From the NCBI GenBank assembly GCA_965204755.1, contig OZ242011.1, positions 352,001 through 416,000 of the forward strand: a DNA stretch of 64,000 nt, given 5' to 3'. Position numbers and translations under genes: made by a program. Positions 9,158-19,794 of this stretch are shown in pieces (positions within the stretch are counted from its first letter, which is position 1; each line of letters begins with the position of its first letter). The notes under the pieces are model-generated. The model searched no databases. It saw only the letters and a program-made list of their open reading frames with translations, and was not told where the DNA came from. This DNA comes from Candidatus Marinacidobacterium sp. GTDB taxonomy: Bacteria > Acidobacteriota > Vicinamibacteria > Marinacidobacterales > Marinacidobacteraceae.

Positions 9158-10702
9158 TCAGCCCGGGGAGGAGACCCCCCGGCGGGCGTAGGCGCGGGCG
9201 AGGTCCACCTGGCGGGCGCCCTCCGGAGGGGGCCGGGTCAGCAGGCTGACGACGACCGCCGCGAGGAAGCCGGCGGCGAAGCCGACCACCATCTCGAACA
9301 ACTCGAAGAACACCGGCTTCCCGTAGAGGAACCAGAGGACGGAGGCGGAGAACCCGCAGACCATCCCGGCGACCGCCCCCGGCAGCGTCATCCGCCGCCA
9401 GCAGATGCCGAGGATCGCCACCGGGGCGAAGGCGCAGCCGAGCCCGGACCAGGAGAACAGGACGAAGAAGAACACCACCCGGACCTCGGGGAGCGCCACC
9501 GCGATCCCCACCAGACCCAGGAGCAGCGTCACCCCCTTCCCGTACCGCGACAGCCGGCGCTCGTCGGCGGCGAGGCGGGCGGCGGCGCCGCGAACGCCGG
9601 GCGCCGCCGGGTCGGCGAACCGCCGGCCGAGCAGTTTCTGGAAGAAGTCGCGGACGACGGTCGAAGACGCGAGGAGCAGCACCGAGTCCGCGGTGGACAT
9701 GATCGCGGCGAGCACGGCGACCAGGAACAGCCCGGTGACCACCGGCGGCATGAGTTCGGACGCCAGCAGCGGCAGGATCCCCTCGGCGTCCTCGATCCGC
9801 GGGTGGAGGGCCCGGCCGGCCATCCCGGTGAGCACCGCCCCGAGGTCGAAGAGCACGATCACGCCCGCCGCCATGACGCCGCCGTCGGAGAGCGTCTTCC
9901 GGTCCTTCGAGGCCATGAACCTCACCAGGAGTTGCGGGGCGCCGAGGAACGCGAGGCCCACCCCCAGGTGGCTCGCCACATCGAAGTAGCCGCGGGCCGT
10001 GCCGCCGGCGGCGCCGAGCGGCGAGAGGAGGGCCGGCTCGATCGCGGCGAGGCGTTCCGCGAGCGCGCCGAGCCCGCCCAGTTCCCGGATCGCCACCAGC
10101 GGCAGCGCGACCAGCGCCGCCGCCATCAGCGTGGCCTGCAGGAGGTCGCTCCAGGCCACCGCCTTGAGGCCGCCGAAGGCGGTGTAGAACAGGATGACCG
10201 CCGCGCCGAGGAGGACGCCGGTCTCGTAGGGGATTCCGAGGAACGACCCGAAGGCCTTGCCCGAAGCCGTGAGTTGGGCGGCCATGTAGGTGCCGGCCAT
10301 CACCAGCACCACCCCGGAGCCGAGGATCCGCAGGACCTGGCGGGTGTCGCCGAACCGCTCCTCCAGCCAGTCGGCGACGGTGATCGCCCGGTAGCGGTCG
10401 GCGAGCCCCTTGAACCGGGGCCCGACGAAACTCCAGGCCACCGCGGTGGCGACGACCTCGCCGAGGACGATCCAGAGCGCGTTGGCCCCGAGCAGGTAGC
10501 CCATCCCGGTGAGGCCGAGCAGCAGCCAGGCGCTCTCGCCGGTGCTCGCGGCGGAGAACCCCACCACCGCCGCCGGGAGGCGCCGCCCGGCCAGGTAGTA
10601 GCCGGCGAGGTCGCCGGTGCTCCGGGAACTCCAGACCGCCAGCCCGAAGAGGAACGAGAGGTAGGCGGCGAGGACCGCCCAGAGCGGCCAGTTCTCCGGC
10701 AC
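9158..10702 (-). CDS. putP: Sodium:solute (proline-type) symporter, SSS family
   Basis: YYLAGRRL, ESAWLLLGLTG, YT.FGGLKAVAWSD, GAPQLLVRFMA, AAIMSTADS. Confidence 0.9.
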   Translation of the reverse strand: MPENWPLWAVLAAYLSFLFGLAVWSSRSTGDLAGYYLAGRRLPAAVVGFSAASTGESAWLLLGLTGMGYLLGANALWIVLGEVVATAVAWSFVGPRFKGLADRYRAITVADWLEERFGDTRQVLRILGSGVVLVMAGTYMAAQLTASGKAFGSFLGIPYETGVLLGAAVILFYTAFGGLKAVAWSDLLQATLMAAALVALPLVAIRELGGLGALAERLAAIEPALLSPLGAAGGTARGYFDVASHLGVGLAFLGAPQLLVRFMASKDRKTLSDGGVMAAGVIVLFDLGAVLTGMAGRALHPRIEDAEGILPLLASELMPPVVTGLFLVAVLAAIMSTADSVLLLASSTVVRDFFQKLLGRRFADPAAPGVRGAAARLAADERRLSRYGKGVTLLLGLVGIAVALPEVRVVFFFVLFSWSGLGCAFAPVAILGICWRRMTLPGAVAGMVCGFSASVLWFLYGKPVFFELFEMVVGFAAGFLAAVVVSLLTRPPPEGARQVDLARAYARRGVSSPG

Positions 10703-10717
10703 GGCGCCTCGGCGGGA

Positions 10718-10885
10718 TCAGCGGCCCGGCGGCCGAGTTCCGCCGGACTCCGGGCGGGACTCCGGGCGGGACTCCGCCTCGGCGAGCATCCGGCGGACGC
10801 GCCGCGCGTTCCAGAGGGCGAGCGCCATCCCCGGCGCCACCGAGACGACCACCAGCGCCCAGGTGTCCGCGGGGAAGCCGAACAT
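10718..10885 (-). CDS. Small single-TM membrane protein (55 aa)
   Basis: MFGFPADTWALVVVSVAPGMALALWNARR. The ATG overlaps the upstream TGA (TGATG). Confidence 0.6.
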   Translation of the reverse strand: MFGFPADTWALVVVSVAPGMALALWNARRVRRMLAEAESRPESRPESGGTRPPGR

Positions 10886-13800
10886 CAGCGGCCCCCGGGC
10901 CCGTCGGGACGGTCGGCCCCGTTCGGACGGATCGGCCGGTCGTCCTCGCGGTACATGGTCTCGTCGAGCCACGGGTAGCCGCCGTACGGCCGCGCCTCCG
11001 GCCAGATCTCGTCCAGCGTGTCCCCGTCGTACACCCGCCCGTCCTTCACCACATAGCGGATGTCGGCGGTGGCCCGGATGTCCTCCAGCGGGTTGCGGTC
11101 GAGCACCACCAGGTCCGCCAACTTCCCGACTTCGATGGTTCCGGTCTGGTGCTCGAGGCCCAGGAACGCCGCGCCCTGCCGGGTCGCCAGGTCGAGCGCC
11201 CCCTCCGCCCCCAGCGCCGACTCCGCCATCCAGATCTCCCAGTGCGAGCCGATCCCGTGGTGCTGGCCGTGCGCCCCGATGGCGCCGGAGCCGCCCTCGG
11301 CGATCACCTCGGCGAGCCCCTGCGCCAGGAGCGGGAAGGAGTAGTCGGTGGCCTCGCGCAGCGGACGCCGCCGGGTGTGCGGGACCAGCATCCGCCAGGG
11401 CAGGAACCGCCGCTGCTTCGGGTCGCGCCAGTTCGCCGTCTCCTGCCAGAAGAACTCCTCGTTCCAGACGGTGGGGCCGCCCACGACGAAGGTGATCGAA
11501 TAGACCGCCTTCGTCCGCCCGAAGAACTTCGCCGCGTCCCCGTAGAGAGGCACATAGGTCAGCGGGTGCTCCCAGCCGGTCTGGCCGTCGAGCATCAGCC
11601 CGAGGTTGTAGGAGAGGCTGCCGCCCTCGCCGGTCAGCATCAGCCCCCGCTCGCGGGCGATCTCCGCGATCCACTGCCGCTGGTCGCGGCGCGGCTGCAT
11701 GTAGGACTTGATCGCGGTGGCGCCCCACGAAACCAGCCGCTCGATGTTCGCTTCGGCGTCCTCGTAACTGCGGATGTCGTTCTGCCGGGGGCCGTCGCCG
11801 TTGTACATCGGGTCGCCGGTGCTGAACATCCGCGGCCCGACCATCTCGCCCGCTTCCACCAGTTCGGCGGCGGAGAAGACATTCTGCGACCACTGCGAGT
11901 TGTCGAGCGTGGTGGTCATCCCGTAGGCGAGATAGACCGCCGCCTCCCAGTTGCGCCGGGGCAGGACGCCGGTGTGGTCCCGGTGGTGGTGGGCGTGCAT
12001 GTCGATGAGGCCGGGGATGAGCGTCTTCCCGGAGACCTCCACGACCCGGTCCGCCGGTTCCGCCGGGCACTCGCCGACGCAGGCGATCCGGCCGTCCACG
12101 ATCCGGACGCTCCCCCGGGACACCGTGCCCGGTTCGCCCAGGGTGACCAGCCGGCCGCCCTCGAAGACCAGCGAGCCGGAAGCGCGGGCGCGCGGCAGGC
12201 GGAGGTCCACCGGGTGGTGGACCGCTTCGCCGCCGGCGTCGGGGTCATAGACCGTGATCCGGGGGCCGCTGCCCAGGTAGAGCGTCCCGTCCGGGGTCCA
12301 CCGCGGGAACATCCCGCCGTCCTTCGTCACTTCGCGGATCGGGAGGGCGGCGCGGCGGCGCTCGATGTGCGGCGGGCCGCCCCCCGCGCCCGGCCAGGGC
12401 AGCGCCGTCAGATAGACATTGTCGCCCTCGGCGAAGGCCACGAAGCGGCCGTCCGGGGAGGGCGCCGCCTCGTCGGCGTAGGGGAAGGTGAGGTGCACCC
12501 GCCGGTCGGAACCGTCCGGCCGGACCGAGACCAACTTCGTGACTTCCTCGCTCCGGCCGTCCCGCTCGCGGGCGGTCTGCTCCGGGAAGAAGAGCCGGCC
12601 CTCCGGCCCGAAGGAGGGGGCGACGATCTGCCGCCGGGGCATCAGCGGGCGGCCGGCGTTGTAGGGGCGGAGCGTCCGGGTGATGAACTCCGGTTCGCCG
12701 CCGGCCGCGGGGAAGCGCACCAGGTCGTAGTGGAGGTTCTGCGACCAGGAGCGCCCGCGCTGCGTCGCGCCGCTGCCCCGCGCCGCGACGATCCCGGAAC
12801 CGTCCGGCGTCCATACCGGGTGGAGGTACTCGCCCGGCGTCCGGCTGACCCGCGTGGGGGCGCCGCCCGCCGCCGGAACCGTCCACAGGTGCCCTTCGGT
12901 GTCCGCCCAGGAGACATAGGCGACCGTCCGGCCGTCCGGCGAAAACGCCGGCGCGAGTTCGTAGGCCTCTTCGTAGGCCCCTTCGTAGGCCTCGCCGCCG
13001 GCGACCAGCCGCGTCGGCTGCCCCCCCGGCAGGGTCATCCGGTAGAGCCTCCCGGCGGCGTGGAAGACCGCCGAGCCGCCGTCGGGGGCGAGCGCCGGCC
13101 AGCGGAGCATCCGCGCCCGGAACGAGTCGGCGGAAATGTCCAGCCGCGCCCGCGCCTGCCCGGAGACGCGGCGCTTCACGGCGGCCGTGAACGGGACTTC
13201 CTCGACTTCGCCGGTCGCGGCCTCCACCCGGATGATCCGCCCGCCCCGCGTCGCGTAGAGGCGGCGCGAGTCGGCGGTCCAGGCGTAGCCGGGCAGGACC
13301 CGGTCGGTCTTCATCCCCTCGGCGGCGTCCGTTTCGATCGGGTCGGCGAGCAGCCGCTCGGCGCCGGTCTCGAGGTCGCGCAGGAAGAGCGCGGTCCGGG
13401 GCCCGAAGCGGTGTCCCTTCCAGGAGATCGTGCCGCCGGGGATCCGGCGCGCGAAGGCCAGGTAGCGGCCGTCCGGGGAGGGTTCCGGGGCGATGGCGCC
13501 GCCGCTCGACCCTTGGTACTGCTGCTGCGACTGCCCGGCGGTCACTTCCCGGACTTCGCCGGTCTCGAGGTCGAGCCGCCGGACCTGCATCGCGCCCCGC
13601 ACCGGGTCGCGTTCGCGGGACGGGGCGAAGTGGAAGTAGAGGCTCCGGCCGTCCGGCGAGGGCGCCGGCCAGCCGGCCCGCGGGAAGTCGCCGCCGACGA
13701 GTTCCACGCCGCTCCCCCCTTCGGGGTGGAAGAGGTAGAGGCCGGAACTCCGGGGGCGGGAGAGGGTGAAACGGCGGGCCACGATGCCGCGGCCGTCGGG

Positions 13801-14274
13801 GAGCCACGCCGGGGTCGCGACCCGGGACTCGCCGTCCTCATGCACCGGGCGCGGGTCGGATCCGTCCGCGTCCATCAGCCAGAGGTTCGACTGCCCGCCC
13901 CGGTCGGAGACGAAGGCGACGGTCTCCCCGTCCGGGGAGAACCGGGGGTGGGCGTTGATCGCGGCCCCGCTGTCCTGGGTGAGGCACTCGGCGCGGCCGC
14001 CTTCCGCCGGCAGCCGGTAGATGTGGCCGAGCAGGTCGAAGACCAGGGTGGCGCCGTCGGGGGAGACATCCACCGAGAGGAAGGTGCCCTCGGAAGTCTC
14101 GAACTCCAGGTCCCAGGCGTCGCCCCGCGCCAGGGTGGTGTCCCAGCCGGAGTCGTCGGTGCGCCCGGATCCCTGGCCGAAGGCGGCGCCGGCGGCGAGG
14201 GTCGCGAAGAAGGCCGCGGGCGCCGCGGCCCGGGCCGGACGGCGGCTGCGGAGGGGTCTCGGGGCATCTCTCAT
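10885..14274 (-). CDS. Secreted amidohydrolase with N-terminal PD40/TolB-like beta-propellers
   Basis: Signal peptide and repeated P.FSPDG units. C-terminal PGLIDMHAH and GTIEVGKLADLVVL. Confidence 0.88.
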   Translation of the reverse strand: MRDAPRPLRSRRPARAAAPAAFFATLAAGAAFGQGSGRTDDSGWDTTLARGDAWDLEFETSEGTFLSVDVSPDGATLVFDLLGHIYRLPAEGGRAECLTQDSGAAINAHPRFSPDGETVAFVSDRGGQSNLWLMDADGSDPRPVHEDGESRVATPAWLPDGRGIVARRFTLSRPRSSGLYLFHPEGGSGVELVGGDFPRAGWPAPSPDGRSLYFHFAPSRERDPVRGAMQVRRLDLETGEVREVTAGQSQQQYQGSSGGAIAPEPSPDGRYLAFARRIPGGTISWKGHRFGPRTALFLRDLETGAERLLADPIETDAAEGMKTDRVLPGYAWTADSRRLYATRGGRIIRVEAATGEVEEVPFTAAVKRRVSGQARARLDISADSFRARMLRWPALAPDGGSAVFHAAGRLYRMTLPGGQPTRLVAGGEAYEGAYEEAYELAPAFSPDGRTVAYVSWADTEGHLWTVPAAGGAPTRVSRTPGEYLHPVWTPDGSGIVAARGSGATQRGRSWSQNLHYDLVRFPAAGGEPEFITRTLRPYNAGRPLMPRRQIVAPSFGPEGRLFFPEQTARERDGRSEEVTKLVSVRPDGSDRRVHLTFPYADEAAPSPDGRFVAFAEGDNVYLTALPWPGAGGGPPHIERRRAALPIREVTKDGGMFPRWTPDGTLYLGSGPRITVYDPDAGGEAVHHPVDLRLPRARASGSLVFEGGRLVTLGEPGTVSRGSVRIVDGRIACVGECPAEPADRVVEVSGKTLIPGLIDMHAHHHRDHTGVLPRRNWEAAVYLAYGMTTTLDNSQWSQNVFSAAELVEAGEMVGPRMFSTGDPMYNGDGPRQNDIRSYEDAEANIERLVSWGATAIKSYMQPRRDQRQWIAEIARERGLMLTGEGGSLSYNLGLMLDGQTGWEHPLTYVPLYGDAAKFFGRTKAVYSITFVVGGPTVWNEEFFWQETANWRDPKQRRFLPWRMLVPHTRRRPLREATDYSFPLLAQGLAEVIAEGGSGAIGAHGQHHGIGSHWEIWMAESALGAEGALDLATRQGAAFLGLEHQTGTIEVGKLADLVVLDRNPLEDIRATADIRYVVKDGRVYDGDTLDEIWPEARPYGGYPWLDETMYREDDRPIRPNGADRPDGPGGR

Positions 14275-14371
14275 GGCGCGTTGCTTCCTCCCGGTCGGCC
14301 GCCGATGCGAGCGGCGGGAACGCCCGTTCCGGCGGAGGCCCGGGCGGGCCGGTCCCCGGAACGGACGCCCA

Positions 14372-14377
14372 TAGTAT
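14372..14377 (+). promoter_or_regulatory. -10 hexamer TAGTAT, 7 nt before the ATG at 14385 (reads TACTAT on the opposite strand)
   Basis: TAGTAT-CGGGGGG-ATG between divergent genes. Confidence 0.5.
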
Positions 14378-14384
14378 CGGGGGG

Positions 14385-15440
14385 ATGGACGCCCCGGCGC
14401 CGCGCGGACCGCAGGAAGACGGCGGCCGGTCGGGCGGCGCGCCCCCGCCGGCGGTGGCGCCGCCGACATTCGCCGAGGCCGAGGAGGCCGCCGCGCGGCT
14501 GCGCCGCGAGTTCGCGCCGACGCCGCTCTTGCCCGCCGACCCGGCCCTCGCCCCCGACCTGCTGCTCAAGGTCGAGACGCTCCTCCCCACCCACTCCTTC
14601 AAGGTGCGCGGCGTCGGCTACGCCGCCTTCGCCTTCGGCCGGGAGCGGGCGCGCGCCGGGCTCTCCACGGTGAGCGCCGGGAACACCGCCTTGGCGCTGG
14701 CCTGGGCCGCGTCGCGGCTGGGCGTTACCGCCCGCTCGCTGCTGCCGGACACCGCGCCCGCCGCCAAGTCGGAGGCGTTCCGCGCCGCCGGCGGGATTCC
14801 CCGCCCGGTCCCGGTCCCCGAGTTGTTCCGCTTCCTCCGGGAGCGCCGCTTCGAGGCGGAGCCGTTCGCCTTCGTGCATCCCTGGATCGAGCCGCTCGTC
14901 CACCGGGGGCACGCCAGCCTCGCGGTGGAGATACTGGCGGCGGCGCCCGACCTCGAGTCCCTCTTCGTCCCGGTGGGCGGCGGCGGGCTGCTGACCGGCG
15001 TCGCCGGGGCGCTCAAGGATCGGCGCCCCGCCCTGCGGGTGTTCGCGGTCGAGCCCGCCGGCTGCTGCGCGCTGCGGGCGAGTCTGGCCGCCGGGCGGGC
15101 GGTCGCCGTCCCCTGCGAGACGATCTGCGACGGGGCCGCCGTCCCCTACCTGACCGAGGCCCTCTACCCGGCGCTCGCCGCGTTGGTGGACGAGACCGCG
15201 GTGGTCAGCGACGAGGAGACGCTCGCCGCCTCCCGGGACCTGCTCCTCACGCAGAAACTGGTCACGGAACCCTCCGGCGCGCTGGCCGTCGCCGGGGCCC
15301 GGAAGACCCCGCCGGCGGAGCGGGGCCGGAGCGTCGCCCTGGTGACCGGGGCGAACCTCGGCGCTCCCGGCCTCCGGCGCCTGCTGGCCCCGGGCGAGCC
15401 GTCCGCCGACGAGTCCGCCGACGAGTCCGCCGCCCGGTAG
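14385..15440 (+). CDS. PLP-dependent threonine/serine dehydratase family enzyme
   Basis: LKVETLLPTHSFKVRG (PLP lysine), SAGN, VPVGGGGL, TICDG, EPSGA. Confidence 0.85.
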   Translation: MDAPAPRGPQEDGGRSGGAPPPAVAPPTFAEAEEAAARLRREFAPTPLLPADPALAPDLLLKVETLLPTHSFKVRGVGYAAFAFGRERARAGLSTVSAGNTALALAWAASRLGVTARSLLPDTAPAAKSEAFRAAGGIPRPVPVPELFRFLRERRFEAEPFAFVHPWIEPLVHRGHASLAVEILAAAPDLESLFVPVGGGGLLTGVAGALKDRRPALRVFAVEPAGCCALRASLAAGRAVAVPCETICDGAAVPYLTEALYPALAALVDETAVVSDEETLAASRDLLLTQKLVTEPSGALAVAGARKTPPAERGRSVALVTGANLGAPGLRRLLAPGEPSADESADESAAR

Positions 15441-15517
15441 AATTCGGGAATTCTCCCGCCGTCGGCCGAGCCGCGGCCGGGAACGGGAGCCGGATCCGGG
15501 GAGGCCGCGACCAAGAC

Positions 15518-16342
15518 ATGGGCATGTGGGGCACGCTGATCGGCGGCGCGCTGGGGTTCACCTTCGGCGGCCCGCTGGGCGCGCTGCTGGGCGCGGCCAT
15601 CGGCTCCGGCGTGGGCGGCGGCAGCGCGCGGGACCCCGGGCCGCAGGGGCGCCGGCCCCCGCCGCCTCCGCCGCCGACCGGCGCCCCGGGCCCCGACCCG
15701 CTGGAGGAGCGCCGGATCGCCTTCTTCGTGGCCACCTTCGGCGTGATGGGCCACATCGCCAAGGCGGACGGCCGGGTGAGCCCGGAGGAAGCGGAGTTCG
15801 CCCACGCGGTGATGGAGGGGCTGGGGCTCGACGCCCGGGACCGCAGCCTCGCCGCCCGGATCTTCGCCGAGGGCAAGTCCCCGGACTTCCATCTCGACGC
15901 CGCCCTCGGCCAACTCCTCCGGGTGGTCGGGCGCCGGCGGAACCTCCTCCGCAGTTTCCTGGAGATCCAGTTCAAGGCGGCCTGGGCCGACGGGTTCGTC
16001 CACCCGGCGGAGCGGGCGATCCTGGAGCACATCGGCGCGGTCCTGGGCTTTTCCGCCCGCGAACTGGAGCAGATGGAGCGCCTCGCGGCGGCGGACTTCG
16101 CCCCCCGCCGGGTCTCGGAAGAGGAGCAACTGGCCGCCGCCTACGGCGTCCTCGGCCTCGACCCCTCCGTCGGCGACGAGACCCTGCGCGCCTCCTACAA
16201 GCGGCTCATGCTCCAGCACCACCCGGACCGGCTGGCGGCGCAGGGGCTCCCGGCGGAGATGAAGGACGAGGCGACCCGCCGCACCCAGGAGATCCAGCGC
16301 GCCTACCAGACCATCCGCGACGCGAGGAAGAAAGCCGCCTGA
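15518..16342 (+). CDS. djlA: Co-chaperone DjlA (TM, TerB-like and J domains)
   Basis: WGTLIGGALGF, MGHIAKADGRVS, AYGVLG, HHPDRL. Confidence 0.9.
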   Translation: MGMWGTLIGGALGFTFGGPLGALLGAAIGSGVGGGSARDPGPQGRRPPPPPPPTGAPGPDPLEERRIAFFVATFGVMGHIAKADGRVSPEEAEFAHAVMEGLGLDARDRSLAARIFAEGKSPDFHLDAALGQLLRVVGRRRNLLRSFLEIQFKAAWADGFVHPAERAILEHIGAVLGFSARELEQMERLAAADFAPRRVSEEEQLAAAYGVLGLDPSVGDETLRASYKRLMLQHHPDRLAAQGLPAEMKDEATRRTQEIQRAYQTIRDARKKAA

Positions 16343-16556
16343 GACGGGCGATTCCCGAACGGGAATCGGACGGGAATCCCACGGCGTCGCGGGGCCGAGT
16401 CCCCGGTAGAATTCCCGGTTCGGGCCGGCGGCGCCGCCGCGAGCGGCCGCCCGCCCCCTGCGGCATGAGAAGGGCCCCGAGGCCCGGGCCCGCCTCCGGC
16501 GGATCGCGCCGGCGGACGACCCCTTCCACCGACCCGGAGATCGGGAGGACGCGCTC

Positions 16557-18605
16557 TTGGAAACCACCTACCTGTACCTGACCCCCGCGTTCGGCGCGGT
16601 GGCGCTGCTGTTCGCGCTCACCCGGGCGCGGTTCGTCGGCCGCCAGGACGCCGGCACCGACCGCATGAAGGAGATCGCGGCGGCGATCCGCGAAGGCGCG
16701 ATGGCGTTCCTCCGCCGCGAGTACTCGGTGCTCGCCGGGTTCGCGCTCGTCGTCGCGGTCGTCCTCTACCTGGCGAACCTCGGTTCCGGCAACCAACTGG
16801 TGGGGCTGTCGTTCCTCATCGGCGCGGGGTGTTCCGCTTTGGCCGGGCTCTTCGGGATGCGGGTCGCCACCGCCGCCAATGTCCGGACCGCGAGCGCGGC
16901 CCGCCGGTCCATCGCCCCGGCGCTCCGGGTGGCCTTCGCCGGCGGCTCCGTGATGGGGATGTCCGTGGTGGGGCTCGGCGTGATCGGGCTCTCCGGCCTC
17001 TTCCTGCTCTACGGCGGCCTCTTCGGCACCACCGCGGAGGCCCTGCAGGGACAGGTGCTGCAGGTGCTCTCCGGGTTCAGTCTGGGCGCTTCCTCGATCG
17101 CGCTGTTCGCCCGGGTCGGGGGCGGCATCTACACGAAGTCCGCCGATGTGGGCGCCGACCTGGTCGGCAAGGTGGAAGCCGGGATCCCGGAGGACGACCC
17201 CCGGAACCCGGCGGTCATCGCCGACAATGTGGGCGACAATGTGGGCGATGTCTGCGGGATGGGCGCGGACCTGTTCGAGTCCTATGTGGGGGCGATCATC
17301 GGCGGCATGGTGCTCGGCGTCGCCTACGCCGAGTCCATCGGGGCGGCCCCGCTGCGGCTGGTGGTGCTGCCGCTCGCGCTCGCCGGGTTCGGCATCGCGG
17401 CCAGCGTCCTCGGGACCTTCGCGGTGCGCACCCGGGAGGGCGGCAACCCGCAGACGGCGCTGAACCTGGGCACCCTGCTCGCCGGGGTGATCATGCTGGG
17501 CCTCGCCTGGCCGGTCATCGGCGCGCTGGCGCCCGAAGCGCAGGGCGCGCTCTACGGCTGCCTGGTCTGCGGGCTGGCGGTCGGCGCGGCCATCGGGCTC
17601 ATCACCGAGTACTACACCTCGGACGCCCGGAAGCCCGCGCAGGCGGTCGCCGCGGCCTCGGGCACCGGCTCGGCCACCAACATCATCGCCGGGCTGGCGC
17701 TGGGGATGCGCTCGACCGCGCTCCCGCTGCTGCTCATCGCCGGGGCGATCGCCCTCGGCTACGAACTCGCCGGGCTCTACGGCATCGCCGTCGCCGGGCT
17801 GGGGATGCTCGCCACGGTGGGGATCCAGTTGGCGGTGGACGCCTACGGGCCCATCGCCGACAACGCCGGCGGCATCGCCGAGATGAGCGAACTGCCGGGC
17901 GAAGTCCGCGAGCGCACCGACAAGTTGGACGCGGTCGGCAACACCACCGCGGCGATCGGCAAGGGTTTCGCCATCGGCTCCGCGGCGCTTGCGGCGATGG
18001 CGCTCATGGCCGCCTTCCAGCAGCAGGCGGGAGTCGGCGCGCTCGGGCTCTCGCTCGGCAACCCGGTCGTCCTCGCCGGGCTGCTCATCGGCGGGATGGT
18101 GCCGTTCCTGTTCTCCTCGATCGCCATGAAGGCGGTCGGCGAAGCCGCCTTCGACATGATCCGGGAAGTCCGCCGGCAGTTCCGGGAGATTCCCGGCCTG
18201 CTCGAAGGGAAGCCCGGCGCGAAGGCGGACAACGCCCGCTGCGTGGACATCGCCACCGCCGCCGCGCTCCGCCGGATGGTCGCTCCGGGACTGCTCGCGG
18301 TGCTCATCCCGGTCGCGGCCGGCTTCGTCGTCGGCAAGTACTTCCTCGCCGGGCTGCTCGCCGGCGCGCTGGTGAGCGGGGTGCTGCTCGCCATCTTCAT
18401 GGCGAACGCCGGCGGCGCTTGGGACAACGCCAAGAAATACATCGAGGGCGGCAGCCACGGGGGCAAGGGCAGCGAAGCGCACAAGGCCGCGGTGGTCGGG
18501 GACACCGTCGGCGACCCGTTCAAGGACACCGCCGGCCCGGCCATCAACATCCTGATCAAACTCATGTCGGTGGTGGCCCTGGTCATCGCGCCGCTCATCC
18601 GGTAA
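16557..18605 (+). CDS. hppA: Membrane pyrophosphatase, K+-dependent type (likely Na+-translocating)
   Basis: [37 protein letters not shown] carries the Ala of K+-dependent enzymes. Confidence 0.95.
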   Translation: METTYLYLTPAFGAVALLFALTRARFVGRQDAGTDRMKEIAAAIREGAMAFLRREYSVLAGFALVVAVVLYLANLGSGNQLVGLSFLIGAGCSALAGLFGMRVATAANVRTASAARRSIAPALRVAFAGGSVMGMSVVGLGVIGLSGLFLLYGGLFGTTAEALQGQVLQVLSGFSLGASSIALFARVGGGIYTKSADVGADLVGKVEAGIPEDDPRNPAVIADNVGDNVGDVCGMGADLFESYVGAIIGGMVLGVAYAESIGAAPLRLVVLPLALAGFGIAASVLGTFAVRTREGGNPQTALNLGTLLAGVIMLGLAWPVIGALAPEAQGALYGCLVCGLAVGAAIGLITEYYTSDARKPAQAVAAASGTGSATNIIAGLALGMRSTALPLLLIAGAIALGYELAGLYGIAVAGLGMLATVGIQLAVDAYGPIADNAGGIAEMSELPGEVRERTDKLDAVGNTTAAIGKGFAIGSAALAAMALMAAFQQQAGVGALGLSLGNPVVLAGLLIGGMVPFLFSSIAMKAVGEAAFDMIREVRRQFREIPGLLEGKPGAKADNARCVDIATAAALRRMVAPGLLAVLIPVAAGFVVGKYFLAGLLAGALVSGVLLAIFMANAGGAWDNAKKYIEGGSHGGKGSEAHKAAVVGDTVGDPFKDTAGPAINILIKLMSVVALVIAPLIR

Positions 18606-18672
18606 GCCGGAGGGCCGGAGGGCCGGGAGCGGCGGCGCCCCCGGCCTCCGAGTCAGTCCATGCCGGCTCCCG

Positions 18673-19461
18673 TCAGGGCGCGGCGTCTTCCGGCGGCAGC
18701 ACCCGGAGGGAAACCGCTTCGTCGTCCCCGAGGAAGCCGCCGTCGTCGTTCCAGTACCAACTCCGCTTCGCCGGCAGCCGCAGCCCGCCGCCGGCGACTT
18801 CGCCGCTCAGCAGGATGTACTCGCCGTCGTTCTTCTCTTCGTCGTGGTGGAAGCGGTAGCCGAGCAGCCGCGCGCTCTCCGGGTCGAAGAAGAAATACCA
18901 GGTGTCCCCGCCGACTTCGGGGTCGTAGGTCACGCGGACCCGCAGCGCCTCCTGCCCCTCCCAAGTGTCCGGGACCGCTTCCTCGAAGAAGATCGCGCCG
19001 GGGTCGCGCAGTTTCATCGGCAGCCCCCAGAGATACAGGTAGTAGTTCCGGAGGCGCAGCACGCCCTCTTCCGAGAGGCCGCGCTCGGCGAACGCCTCTT
19101 CGTCGAGGTCGGTCTCGCCGTCCACTTCCCGGAGGACGACCCGGTCTCCCGCCGTCTCGAACCGGGTGGACTCCCCCTCGATCGCCCGCGTGACGCTGAC
19201 CAGCCCGTTCCCGGCGTCCATCCGGATCTCCGTCGTCCGGTCGGGCCGGTCCGGCCGCGACTCCACGAGCCGCAGTTCCACCGCCGCCGAGTCCCACACC
19301 CCGCCGGGGTCGTGGTAGGCGATGGACCTCTCGACGACGGCCCGCGCCGACTCCCGCGGCTCCTCGGGCGCCGGAGGAGGCGCGGAGCAGGAGAGGGCGA
19401 AAGCGGCGGCGGCCGCACCGACGGCGGCGGCGCGACGGTTCCGGGAAGCGGGGATCGGCAT
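18673..19461 (-). CDS. Lipoprotein, DUF6503-like
   Basis: ALSC lipobox, SIAYHDPGG.W, RNYYLYLWGLPMKL.DPG, GGDTWYFFFDP. Confidence 0.7.
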   Translation of the reverse strand: MPIPASRNRRAAAVGAAAAAFALSCSAPPPAPEEPRESARAVVERSIAYHDPGGVWDSAAVELRLVESRPDRPDRTTEIRMDAGNGLVSVTRAIEGESTRFETAGDRVVLREVDGETDLDEEAFAERGLSEEGVLRLRNYYLYLWGLPMKLRDPGAIFFEEAVPDTWEGQEALRVRVTYDPEVGGDTWYFFFDPESARLLGYRFHHDEEKNDGEYILLSGEVAGGGLRLPAKRSWYWNDDGGFLGDDEAVSLRVLPPEDAAP

Positions 19462-19527
19462 GGGCGGGTGGACCTCGAAGGCGCCGGAGCGTATCCGTTC
19501 GCCCGGACCGCCCGCTGCGGGCGTCAG

Positions 19528-19749
19528 CCGCCCGCGGAGAAAGTCCCGGGGAGCACTCGTCGGCGCGAAGCGCCGACCGGGGAGGGGTGCGGGGAGGGGG
19601 TGGCCCCCTCCCCGCGAACGATGGCGGGGGGAATCGCGCAGCGATTCGCGCCGCCGGCCCGTGGGAAGAGCGCCCCGCCGCGAGACCGAACGGAGACTTG
19701 GCGCCCTCGCGTCGAGGAGTGGACGGCGGGGCGCTTTTTCCACGGGCTG
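19528..19749. mobile_element. Non-autonomous MITE-like element, copy 1
   Basis: Terminal inverted repeats CCGCCCGCGGAGAAAG ... CTTTTTCCACGGGCTG. Near-identical inverted copy at 37505-37725. Confidence 0.85.
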
Positions 19750-19751
19750 AC

Positions 19752-19760
19752 TGTTACACT
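19752..19760 (+). promoter_or_regulatory. Extended -10 (TGn-TACACT) for the NHL/transporter operon
   Basis: TGTTACACT immediately after the MITE end. Confidence 0.45.
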
Positions 19761-19794
19761 CGCCGCCCGGCGCGCGCCTGCATCAGTTTTCGCC

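Noticed and set aside
16343-16556. Riboswitch or ncRNA upstream of hppA
   Set aside because: Only generic GC hairpins and a short duplication are present, with no recognisable aptamer consensus.
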